Part shown: positions 18,019 through 27,992 of the stretch, piece after piece
Position numbering within the stretch: position 1 is the stretch's first letter
Layout: every line of letters starts with the position of its first letter
Notes under the pieces: model-generated
Seen by the model: only the letters and a program-made list of their open reading frames with translations
The model's database searches: none
What the model was told of the DNA's origin: nothing
DNA from: an uncultured Bacteroidales bacterium
Lineage (GTDB): Bacteria; Bacteroidota; Bacteroidia; Bacteroidales; UBA10428
Reading direction: 5' to 3'
Assembly (NCBI GenBank): GCA_963705125.1
Contig: CAVPIY010000011.1
Location: 222,953-286,952, forward strand
Length of the DNA: 64,000 nt
Position numbers and translations under genes: made by a program

Positions 18019-21000
18019 ATGAAGAAATTTTCCTCTCTTATATTGATTTGCAGTGTTCTGTTTTCCTGTAATGAGGATAAAAACAAACTCTTTACCTCGC
18101 TTTCATACAAAAAAACCGGAATTGAATTTAAAAACTGGATAACAGAGAGTGAAACCTTCAATGTGCTGGAATATGGTTATCTGTATAACGGAGCCGGAGT
18201 GGCCGTGGGTGATATCAACAATGACGGGTTGCCGGATATCTATTTCAGTGGAAATTTCGCCCCAAGCAAAATGTATCTCAACAGGGGCAACTTCAATTTT
18301 GAAGATATCACGGATAAAGCATTTGCTGCGGGACAAGGGGCCTGGAATACCGGCGTAACCATGGCTGATATAAACGCGGATGGATACCTTGATATTTATG
18401 TATGCAGTTCGACCGACAGCAGGCCGGAACGCCGCAAGAACCTGCTTTATATTAATAATGGAAACCTTACATTTACTGAATGTGCTGCCAGGTATGGCAT
18501 CGACGATTCTTCCTATTCCACGCACAGTGCTTTTTTTGATTATGACAAAGACGGGGACCTTGACCTCTTCATACTGAATCATTCACTTGACAGATTCGGC
18601 AGGCCAAAGCCCGAACGAAAAAAAGAGCATGATCCCAGATTCGAACACAGACTGTATCAAAATACGGGCGGGATATTTATTGATGTGTCCAAAGAAACCG
18701 GAATGATCCAGAATGTTATGAATTTTGGCCTGGGCCTTGCCGTTGCAGATTTCAATAACGACAAGTGGCCGGATATTTATATATGCAATGATTATTCCGA
18801 ACAGGATTATTTTTATATCAACAAACAAGATGGAACCTTTTCTGAGCAGCTCGAAAAATATTTCGATCATATTTCCCTGTCATCCATGGGCAATGATGCG
18901 GCTGACTTTAACAATGACGGATATATTGATCTGATTACCCTGGATATGCTCCCGGAGGACAACTATGAGCAAAAACTCGTGGCAGGGCCGGATAATTATG
19001 ATAAATTCACAGCTCTTAAAAATTCCGGATTTTATCATCAGTCTACCCGCAACATGCTTCAGCTGAACAATCATGGAGGTTATTTTACGGAAATCGGACA
19101 ATTTGCCGGTATATTCAGCACGAACTGGAGCTGGTCGCCCCTCTTATGTGATTTTGATAACGATGGTTATAAGGACCTCTATATCACCAACGGTTACGGG
19201 AGAAACAGCACGCATATGGATGCGATTATGTTTTCGGTGCAGCAGATCAGCAAACAGCAAAGAGGAGAAGCCATGATGCCGAAAATGGGTATTCTTGAAA
19301 AAATACCGGCTACGGTACTTAAAAACTATATTTTTCGAAACAACGGAAACCTTACCTTCACCAATGTTACAGATTCCTGGGGAGATGAAGCGCCCTCCCT
19401 GTCAAACGGGGCTGCCTATGCAGATCTGGATAATGACGGAGATATGGACCTGGTGGTAAGTACGATCAATGATTATCCCTTAATTTACCGGAATAATGCA
19501 AATAAACGCAAATCGAATCATTTCTTAAAAATCAAACTCAGCGGGATCGGATTGAATACGGGTGGAATTGGGGCTAAAGTGGAAGTTACATGCCAGGATC
19601 AGACCTATACGCAGGAATTCATGCCTTCGCGGGGATACATGTCATCCATGAACCATGAGCTGATTTTCGGTGTGGGCAAGGCAACGATCATAGACTCGCT
19701 GAAGATCACCTGGCCTGATATGCAGGAACAGGTGTTAACTGCTGTGGCGGTTGACCAGACAATAGTACTTCACAATACGGATGCAAAAACGGCCAGGCCG
19801 AAAACTGCCCCCGCATCTCAACCGGTTTTTGTTCCTTTAAGCAATAAGATCCTTGATTTTAAGCATACTGAAAATGAGTATGTCGATTTTCACAGTCAAA
19901 TCCTGTTGCCTCATTTTCTTTCCACCCAGGGTCCACGCATTGCAACGGGCGATGTAAACCAGGATGGCCTGGAGGATGTGTTTATCGGGGGTGCAAACGG
20001 CAGTGCGGGTAAGCTTTTTATTCAAAACAGGAACGGATCTTTTCAACTGCAGGTGCAATCCTGTTTTGAAAAGGATAAAGTCTGTGAAGATATCGGAACC
20101 TTATTCTTTGATGCCGACGGAGATAAAGACCTTGACCTGTACGTTGTCAGCGGAGGAAATGAGTTCCTTCCTGAATCACCTGAACTTCAGGATCGCCTGT
20201 ACCTCAATAACGGAACCGGAATTTTCACAAAAGCATCGGATCGCCTTCCTGTAATGCTTACCAGTGGTTCATGTGTGAAAGCCGGGGATGTGGATAATGA
20301 TGGTGACCTGGATCTCTTTGTCGGAGGCAGACTGGTGCCGGGTTCTTACCCGCTTGCCCCTCGAAGCTACATACTGGAAAATAACGGCAGGGGGTATTTT
20401 AAAGATGTCACTGAGAACTATAATAAGTCCCTGATGAATCCCGGCATGGTTACCGATGCGGTATGGACTGATTTCAACAATGACAAAAAGCCGGACCTTA
20501 TCCTGGTCGGAGAATGGATGGGAATCCGTGTTTTTCTGAATGATGGAAAGCACCTTTCTGAAATCTCCGACCAGGCTGGACTTAAAAACACGGAAGGCTG
20601 GTGGAATGCAATTGAAGCTGCCGACTTTGACCGGGACGGGGACATGGATTACATTATCGGCAATCTGGGGCTGAATTCCCAGATCAAGGCTGCTGTCGGC
20701 GAACCGGCAACAATCTATGCAAAGGATTTTGACAACAACGGTTCTCTCGATGCCGTGATGTGCTATTTTATTCAGGGTAAAAGTTTTCCCTTCTATGCAA
20801 AGGATGACCTGCAGGATCAGTTGCCCTTTATCAAAAAGAAATACCCGTACTTACGAAGCCTATGCCAGCCAGACAATCAACGATCTCTTCACCGCTGAAG
20901 AACTTAAGGACGCGCTTGTGTTGAAAGCCTGTGTCTTTGAAAGCTGCTACCTGGAAAACAAGGGAAATAACCGGTTCTCCCTTTCTCCCCTTCCCCCTGT

Positions 21001-21310
21001 CGCCCAGCTTTCCCCAATCTATGCAATACAGGCCGGAGATTATAATGGGGATGGCAATCCCGATATGATCCTGGCAGGCAACTTCTTCGGCACGCGGATA
21101 AAATTCGGAGCGTATGATGCGAACAAAGGACTGTTGCTTACCGGAAACGGTAAAGGGAATTTTACGTCACTCAGCGATCTTCAAAGTGGTTTCCAGTTCA
21201 GGGGTGAAGTACGGGATATGGCTGATGTCAGAACGCATTCCGGAAAAAACATATTTATTTTTGCACTGAACAATGATTCAGCAAAGCTTTATTATGTCCG
21301 TGATAAATAA
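18019..21310 (+). pseudogene. frameshifted paralogue of the FG-GAP/ASPIC-UnbV lipoprotein
   Basis: ORFs 18019-20898 and 20795-21310 together align end to end with the 12264-15566 protein. The frame changes after 'KKKYP'. The paralogue has 'CCGTCTTAC' where this copy has 'CCGTACTTAC', so there is one extra base at about 20849. It could also be a sequencing error. Confidence 0.6.
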
Positions 21311-21341
21311 CAAGAATATTCATCAAAGTAAAAATTGCATT

Positions 21342-22115
21342 ATGTATAGATTGAAAAACTTCGGGATTATCCTGGTGTCAGTTATTCTAATTTATGGGTC
21401 CTGCAAAAATTCATCGAAACAGGATCTTTCCCTTACGGTAAAGGAATATCAGAAGGTAGGTATGCCCGATCCCTCTAAAACATGGAAAAATTATGATTAC
21501 GTCAATGCAAATCTTTCATTGGGCAGTCTCCATACCACTAATCCATATTGTCTTCCCCGAAAAGACAGCAAAAAATCAGGCGCTCTTTTTAGCCGGTTTG
21601 TCAATATTGAAAATCTCACATTTCTGGATGATACAACGATCTCTCTGCGTGACAGGGCGCTCTTGGTACAACATTTTCAACAGCTTCACAATCAATTGAG
21701 TAATTTTTATAATACTGAATTAAAAGGCAAACCTTATTACGATAAGGAATTGATCGACCTGCATATCTTCAGGCTCCTTGTGAATGAAAAGATGTTGGAA
21801 CTGGCCGGGAAAATCATGAATTCAAAAGAAGAATCTGATCTAAGCATGCAGTCCGGTCTTAAAAAAGTGCGGTATAACTACCTTAAACTGATCTATATGG
21901 TACTGGATGTGCAATTGAAATCCAAAGACTTCTTAGGCGATGACCTGAACAGATTAAGTACGGAAATATCCAGGTCTCTGATTCTCAATCAGATTTGGAT
22001 GGAACCATCCTTAAGACAAGAAATAATTGTTCGGATTCAAGATATAATTAAAAAGTCATCATCTGCTGCAATTAAAAAAAATTACCGGAAAGTCCTGGAA
22101 GTGCTCAAAGATTAA
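21342..22115 (+). CDS. hypothetical lipoprotein
   Basis: The Met at 21342 gives 'MYRLKNFGIILVSVILIYGSC' (signal plus lipobox). AT-rich and predicted helical. No family recognised. Confidence 0.5.
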   Translation: MYRLKNFGIILVSVILIYGSCKNSSKQDLSLTVKEYQKVGMPDPSKTWKNYDYVNANLSLGSLHTTNPYCLPRKDSKKSGALFSRFVNIENLTFLDDTTISLRDRALLVQHFQQLHNQLSNFYNTELKGKPYYDKELIDLHIFRLLVNEKMLELAGKIMNSKEESDLSMQSGLKKVRYNYLKLIYMVLDVQLKSKDFLGDDLNRLSTEISRSLILNQIWMEPSLRQEIIVRIQDIIKKSSSAAIKKNYRKVLEVLKD

Positions 22116-22140
22116 GTCTCCGAAAAGTCCATTTCGAAGC

Positions 22141-22349
22141 ACGTCATTGCGAGGGAGTGAAGCGACCAGTCCTAACGTCATTGCGAGGGAGTGAAGCGAC
22201 CAGTCCTAACGTCATTGCGAGGGAGTGAAGCGACCAGTCCTAACGTCATTGCGAGGGAGTGAAGCGACCGAAGCAATCTATTTCCGGTGGGCAGATTGCT
22301 TCGCTACGCTCGCAATGACGCCTTACTCGCTTCACTCGTTCGCAATGAT
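22141..22349. repeat. tandemly amplified half-element of the 'CATTGCGAG' family plus its closing arm
   Basis: The 34-bp unit 'ACGTCATTGCGAGGGAGTGAAGCGACCAGTCCTA' is repeated exactly three times (22141-22242) with a partial fourth copy. It is followed by 'GAAGCAATC..GATTGCTTC' and two 'CGCAATGA' closing arms. Confidence 0.85.
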
Positions 22350-22589
22350 GTTTTTACTTTTCAGACTAAAGATTTAAATCCATTAATGTTGATGCATTTC
22401 TAAATATAATCATAAGTATCAAACCTTTCAGGATAATTTTTAAAAACAGTTTATTCAATGATGAAAAAAAACTGCTATAAAAATGTCGGATATGTTAAAA
22501 TATTATTAGATTTGTTAACAAATGTTAAATCAGATTCAGTATAAGTTCATTCATTTTTAAAAAATTTCTTAACCCTAAAAGCTTTTTTT

Positions 22590-25500
22590 ATGAAAATGAG
22601 CTATTTATTTAATTGTTTGAAAGATCAGATAAAGTTCTGGCTTAGCAGCGCTTTTCTGATTTTTTTATTTTGCGCTCCATCATTCGCGCAGGAACGCAAG
22701 GTTAGTGGTACCGTTGTTTCTGCCGATGATAATTCTGTGATGCCGGGAGTATATGTGCTGATCAAGGGCCAGACTGCCGGAACAACTACAGATGCAGATG
22801 GCAATTACTCCATAACAGTACCCAACAATGAGACTGCCCTGGTTTTCTCCTTTATAGGGTATGCTTCGCAGGAAATTGTTGTTGGGGCAAACCCGGTGCT
22901 TAACGTTACCATGGCATCAGAGGCCACGGAGTTAAGCGAAATTGTGGTTACAGCCCTGGGTATTACACGGCAAAGCAAGGCACTTACCTACGCCACCCAG
23001 AATGTGAATACCGATGCGCTGACAGAGGCGAGAACCCTGAATGTCATGACCGGTCTAAGCGGCAAGGTTGCCGGTATATCGGTCACCGAGGCAGGAACGG
23101 GTGTTGGCGCAGATGCACGTGTTATTTTAAGGGGTAACCGCTCCATGGGTGGAAACAGTGAACCCTTGTACGTTGTTGACGGAATAACGCTTGGCGGGGA
23201 CATTCAAAATTTCAGTCCGGATGAAATCGAAAGCATCTCAGTTATGAAAGGTGCAAATGCAGCCGCTTTGTACGGCAGCCGTGCAGCCAACGGTGCTATC
23301 ATCATTACCACAAAGTCGGGTGCAAAGGCCAAGGATGGTGTGACTGCCAACCTGAATTTGTCCTACCTGGGCAGTTCAGCCGTTTTCCTGGATAAGATGC
23401 AGAATGAATATGGTCAGGGCGGTAATGGTGTTTACGCAAAGGAAGGTATTGTATCGTGGGGACCAAAAATGGAAGGCCAGATGGTTGACCACTGGTCAAA
23501 TGATCCGAATTATTATATGTATGGCAAACAATATGCCTTCTCTCCACAACCGGATAACTTCAAGGACTATTTTCAACGGGGTGACAACCTGTCTGCAAAC
23601 CTTCTGGTTACCTTAAATACCGGTAAAAACACGGCCGCTTTCTCTTATACCTACACCGATGCAAAGGGTATCATTGCAACGAATAACCTGAAAAGCCATA
23701 ACTTCAATTTAAGATTCGGTTCACAACTCAACAAAAAACTTACACTCGATTCCAAGCTGACTGTGATTTCAAGAAACTATGAAAACACCTTTGCAACAGG
23801 AGAGAATTTTGATAACCCGTTGCGATATCTTTATGTTGTTCCCCGGAATATCCGTACGGAAGATCTTCAGCATTACCAGTTCATCAATCCTTCAGGCCAG
23901 CTCAGGCAACATTACTGGAGGTGGAATGACAACGGAACCGGAAACGCTTACTGGACCCGGAATAATGTTGAGATGCCGCGAAAGAGGCAAAGGATGATTT
24001 CCATGATGAGCCTCAAGTATGAGATCCTGGAAGGCTTGTCGATCATGGGAAGAACTGCAGTTGATGCTGGGTTTTCTCAGGAAGAAACCAGATGGTACAA
24101 TGATACTTACACACGGGCTATTAATGGCGCGTATGATAAGAACAATTCAACATCGTACGAGTGGAACAGTGATGCATTGTTAAATTACCGCAAAGACTTC
24201 TCAAGTATCACAGTCGACTTAAATTTCGGCGCAAATCACAAGGTCAATGAATACCAGCAGATCGGAGGCTCCGGTGCAGTTTTCAACATAGAGAACCTCT
24301 TTGCCCTGGCCAATACAGGAAATCCCAGACCTTTTGAAAGTTATGACAAAAAAGTGGTGAACTCGGTCTATGGATTCGCTGAAATATCTTTCAAGAATGC
24401 CATATTCCTGAATTTGACCGGTCGAAATGACTGGAGCTCAACACTTCCAGCAGACAATAGATCCTATTTTTACCCTTCCATTGGTTTGACAGCTGTTTTG
24501 AGCGATCTGATTACAATGCCGTCTTTTATTCCCTTCCTGAAATTAAGGGGTTCCTATGCCATTGTGGGGAATGATACAGACCCATACCAGCTGGCCAGAA
24601 CAGCCGATGTGGGTTCGCCTTCAAGTGGTGTTGTTTCGCTCAGCAATGTAATGCCCAACCCGAACCTGAAACCCGAAACCACTAAGTCAACTGAAATCGG
24701 TTTTGACACCAGGCTTATCCAGAACAAGGTAAGAGTGGGGTTTACCTGGTATGAGACCAGTACCTACGATCAACTGTTCAGAACGCCTGTTCCTTCTACA
24801 TCAGGAGTATCCTATATATTTCAGAATGGCGCAGATATCCGGAACAAAGGAATCGAGATCACACTGGGTGCCACAATCATCTCAGCTTCCGACTTCTCAT
24901 GGGATCTTGATATAAACTTTTCCCATAACAACAGTGAAGTCATGAAAATTGCCGAGGGCTTCGATGAACTATCCTATGGCAGAGACTTCATCAGGGATTA
25001 TAAAATGGTTAAGGGCGGAGAATATGGTGATATTTATGCAAAATCCTGGCTCAGATACGGGGATGACCCGAATACACCGGCTGTTGAAGGTAACGGAAAA
25101 GTCATCATCCAGGATAACGGGATTCCTGCCATCACTCCCGGTATGACAATTAAAGTAGCCAACTTCAATCCTGACTGGCTTGGCGGTATCAACAACACTT
25201 TCAGGTATAAGAACCTGAATCTGAGCTTCCTGATTGATATCAGACAGGGAGGAAACTTTATTGCCTTTACGGAAGCCATTTCAGCAGGCAGCGGAATACA
25301 GGATTATACCACAATCGGCCGTGACGGTACTTTGATGTTCGGCCGGGATGTTTATAAAGATGAAGGAGTAGGTGTCACAGTAACAGGAGAACCCAGTACG
25401 GCAACCTGTACGTCTGAGAATTTCTGGAATAATGTCGGAGGCAGAAACAATCCTGCCGGCGGTGCTTTTATCAGGGATGCCTCCAATATCCGTATGAGAG

Positions 25501-25724
25501 AAGTAACCCTGGGATACGACCTGCCCAAGAGCCTGATTGGTGAAACATTCCTCTCCTCTGTCCGGGTCTCCCTGGTTGGACGGAATCTGTTCTTCCTCCA
25601 GAATAAAGCTGAATATGTGGATCCTGAGATCATGATGGGCGTTAGTAACACCGATGAAGGTCAAAACGCGTTCCCTCTGCCAACATCACGTACCTATGGA
25701 ATATCCGTTAATTTTGGTTTCTAA
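22590..25724 (+). CDS. SusC/RagA-family TonB-dependent outer-membrane transporter
   Basis: 1044-aa ORF. N-terminal carboxypeptidase-regulatory-like segment 'VSGTVVSADDNSVMPGVYVLIKG..TDADGNYSI'. Plug region 'EIVVTALGITRQSK'. C-terminal aromatic residue ('..VNFGF'). Followed directly by a SusD-like gene. Confidence 0.9.
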   Translation: MKMSYLFNCLKDQIKFWLSSAFLIFLFCAPSFAQERKVSGTVVSADDNSVMPGVYVLIKGQTAGTTTDADGNYSITVPNNETALVFSFIGYASQEIVVGANPVLNVTMASEATELSEIVVTALGITRQSKALTYATQNVNTDALTEARTLNVMTGLSGKVAGISVTEAGTGVGADARVILRGNRSMGGNSEPLYVVDGITLGGDIQNFSPDEIESISVMKGANAAALYGSRAANGAIIITTKSGAKAKDGVTANLNLSYLGSSAVFLDKMQNEYGQGGNGVYAKEGIVSWGPKMEGQMVDHWSNDPNYYMYGKQYAFSPQPDNFKDYFQRGDNLSANLLVTLNTGKNTAAFSYTYTDAKGIIATNNLKSHNFNLRFGSQLNKKLTLDSKLTVISRNYENTFATGENFDNPLRYLYVVPRNIRTEDLQHYQFINPSGQLRQHYWRWNDNGTGNAYWTRNNVEMPRKRQRMISMMSLKYEILEGLSIMGRTAVDAGFSQEETRWYNDTYTRAINGAYDKNNSTSYEWNSDALLNYRKDFSSITVDLNFGANHKVNEYQQIGGSGAVFNIENLFALANTGNPRPFESYDKKVVNSVYGFAEISFKNAIFLNLTGRNDWSSTLPADNRSYFYPSIGLTAVLSDLITMPSFIPFLKLRGSYAIVGNDTDPYQLARTADVGSPSSGVVSLSNVMPNPNLKPETTKSTEIGFDTRLIQNKVRVGFTWYETSTYDQLFRTPVPSTSGVSYIFQNGADIRNKGIEITLGATIISASDFSWDLDINFSHNNSEVMKIAEGFDELSYGRDFIRDYKMVKGGEYGDIYAKSWLRYGDDPNTPAVEGNGKVIIQDNGIPAITPGMTIKVANFNPDWLGGINNTFRYKNLNLSFLIDIRQGGNFIAFTEAISAGSGIQDYTTIGRDGTLMFGRDVYKDEGVGVTVTGEPSTATCTSENFWNNVGGRNNPAGGAFIRDASNIRMREVTLGYDLPKSLIGETFLSSVRVSLVGRNLFFLQNKAEYVDPEIMMGVSNTDEGQNAFPLPTSRTYGISVNFGF

Positions 25725-25751
25725 TTTTATACAAAGTTAAAACAGTCTACT

Positions 25752-27389
25752 ATGAAAAGTATATTAAAATTGTTCACAGTTCTTGCGTTGATTACTGGCT
25801 TTATCAGTAGTTGTACGGGAGACTTTGATGAGATAAATACAAATCCCAAGGCACTCACGGTTGACAACCTTGACCAGGCATCTTATGGATTTATAGCGAA
25901 ACGTGCTATTACCGGAGGGGTATACCTTGAACCCTATGGTGGTACCATGCAGATTATCCACTCCCTGTTCTTTGACATTTACGCCAACTATTTCGCAACG
26001 ACAGCTCCTAACTTCCTTTCCGACCGTTACGTAATGGTTGGAAGCTGGCTGGCAGGTGATTTTGACGGCTTCTATGGCAGTGTTGCACCTCAGATCAAGT
26101 ATGCTGAGGATTTTGCCAGATCCTCCGAACTGGATAAAGAGTTTGCCATGATGAAGATCTGGAAAATTTATGTATTTGACAGGTATACAGATGCCCTTGG
26201 TCCTATTGTGTATTCCAAGTTTGGCAACATGGAGAAGACAGTGCCCTATGATTCACAGGAGCAAATTTACAACAGCTTTTTTGCAGAACTGGATACAGCG
26301 CTCAACATTTTGAAGGCCAATGCAGGAGGTACTTCCGCCACACTCTCAGGTTTTGATGATTTATATGCAGGAGATCTGGATAAATGGCAGAAATTCGGCA
26401 GTTCTCTGCGGCTCAGACTGGCCATGCGGGTAAAATATGTCAATCCTGCGCTGGCAAAAACCCAGGCGGAAAAAGCCGTCTCAGAGGGCGTCATTCTTGA
26501 CAATGCCGACAATGGTTGGGTAAAGACAACCAAAGATTATCAGAACCCTTATTGCATCATCAGTGACTGGGGTGAATACAGAATGAGCGCTGATATGGAA
26601 AGCATCCTGAAAGGTTATCTTGATCCGCGGGTAGCATCCTATTTCGCACCTGCAGCACAGCCAGATCCGAGCGATGACCCGGCAGGTATAGACTACCCCT
26701 ACGAAGGTATGAGAAACGGACAGAGGAAGAGCGACAAGAGTGCCGTTGATTTTAACGCAAAGATGTCGGATATGTCTGACCCCTATACCGTTGTCGGTGG
26801 AGCTGGTCCTTCATGGTATGTCATCAGAGCTTCCGAATCCCATTTCCTGATGGCAGAGGGCGTTCTTGAAGGCTGGAATATGGGAGGTGGTACTGCACAG
26901 CAACACTATGAAATGGGTGTCAAAGCATCACTTGATGAAAATGGATTTGCTGATTACAAGAATCTTGCTGGTGAAGATTATGTGACAAGTACCCGTGTAC
27001 CGGCCAGCCCCGGTCAGGACCTCAGTTCGGTGTTGCCTCAGGTAGTACAGGATCCGGTATGTATAGTACCCATAGCCTATAATGCAGGCGGTTCAAAAGA
27101 AGAGCAACTTGAACAGATCATCACCCAGAAATGGATCGGCTTATATCCTGACAGCCAGGAGGCCTGGGCAGAGAGAAGAAGAACGCATTATCCCAAATTG
27201 TACGACCGGATCGAAAGCGAAAACCTGGATGTTGCACCAACTTCACTTCCGGTAAGGTTGGTATACTGGAGTACTGAGTATACTAACAATATCGATGAGC
27301 TGAATAAGGCAATTCAAATGCTCAATTCAGAGAGTTCCACACCAAATGGAGACAAAGCGTCTACCAAACTCTGGTGGGATAAAAAGTAG
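25752..27389 (+). CDS. SusD/RagB-family nutrient-binding outer-membrane lipoprotein
   Basis: 545-aa ORF with lipobox 'FISSC'. It lies 27 nt downstream of SusC. The 'DFDEINTNPK' start is typical of the SusD-like_2 type. Confidence 0.8.
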   Translation: MKSILKLFTVLALITGFISSCTGDFDEINTNPKALTVDNLDQASYGFIAKRAITGGVYLEPYGGTMQIIHSLFFDIYANYFATTAPNFLSDRYVMVGSWLAGDFDGFYGSVAPQIKYAEDFARSSELDKEFAMMKIWKIYVFDRYTDALGPIVYSKFGNMEKTVPYDSQEQIYNSFFAELDTALNILKANAGGTSATLSGFDDLYAGDLDKWQKFGSSLRLRLAMRVKYVNPALAKTQAEKAVSEGVILDNADNGWVKTTKDYQNPYCIISDWGEYRMSADMESILKGYLDPRVASYFAPAAQPDPSDDPAGIDYPYEGMRNGQRKSDKSAVDFNAKMSDMSDPYTVVGGAGPSWYVIRASESHFLMAEGVLEGWNMGGGTAQQHYEMGVKASLDENGFADYKNLAGEDYVTSTRVPASPGQDLSSVLPQVVQDPVCIVPIAYNAGGSKEEQLEQIITQKWIGLYPDSQEAWAERRRTHYPKLYDRIESENLDVAPTSLPVRLVYWSTEYTNNIDELNKAIQMLNSESSTPNGDKASTKLWWDKK

Positions 27390-27413
27390 TGGTGAATAAC
27401 CTGAATATTATTA

Positions 27414-27445
27414 AGAAAGCACCCTCCCGGGTGCTTTCTTTTTTT
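27414..27445 (+). terminator. rho-independent terminator of the SusC/SusD operon
   Basis: 11-bp stem 'AGAAAGCACCC-TCCC-GGGTGCTTTCT' followed by TTTTTT, starting 25 nt after the SusD stop. Confidence 0.75.
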
Positions 27446-27961
27446 GAATCAATTGCCACGCCCTTCAGGGGATTTATTCTTTTGGATCATCATAAATATG
27501 CGTACCTGAAACGATCTTTTTTTATGCTCAGCTGACAGGGCTTCACCTCGAACCCTCCCTACCGGCAGGCAGGCCCACTTCATTCTTTGTCTTGACACAA
27601 AGAATGAAGCAAGAAAAGTCAAGACAAAACGACCCCTCCCCGCTCTGCTGCTACATTATGACCTCCATTTGACCAAAATACAGGTGATCAAACGTTACTA
27701 CAAAAATTGCGGAGCAAAATAACAAATACCATATCTGACGGCCTGCCGTTCAAACGAAGTCGAGGTACGAGACGGAGTGCGTTCAGGCCGTCAGTCTTCT
27801 TTGGTTACTTTCTGTGACGACAGAAAGTGACAATAAAATCTTGTGAATACTCAGGATAGGTATGCATTATTATGATGATCCATTCTTTTATTCCCCCATC
27901 CTGAAGGCCGGGGCTATTGAACCAATTACCACGCCCTTCAGGGCGTGGATTAATCAATTGC
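27446..27961. repeat. composite repeat block bounded by inverted repeats (no ORF of 60 aa or more)
   Basis: The ends share the inverted pair 'GGATCATCATAA'/'TTATGATGATCC' and copies of 'CAATT(G/A)CCACGCCCTTCAGGG'. The interior holds three strong hairpins: 'TTCATTCTTTGT-CTTGAC-ACAAAGAATGAA', 'CTGACGGCCTG...CAGGCCGTCAG' and 'GTTACTTTCTGT-GACG-ACAGAAAGTGAC'. Confidence 0.5.
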
Positions 27962-27992
27962 AATAACATTACAATTACAGGGGCTCAACCCT

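Noticed and set aside
20840-20860. Programmed +1/-1 ribosomal frameshift in the second FG-GAP/UnbV gene
   Set aside because: There is no slippery heptamer or downstream structure at the site ('CCCGTACTTACGAAG'). The intact paralogue shows a simple one-base difference, so mutation or sequencing error is the simpler explanation.
22141-22270. Possible CRISPR-like array of 34-bp units
   Set aside because: The units are directly abutting exact tandem copies with no spacers. They are one arm of a known palindromic repeat family.
22507-22514. Bacteroidota-type -7 promoter motif 'TAGATTTG' about 75 nt upstream of the SusC start
   Set aside because: A single 8-nt consensus match in an AT-rich region, with no convincing -33 element seen. 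It is too weak to list as a feature and is noted only as a candidate.
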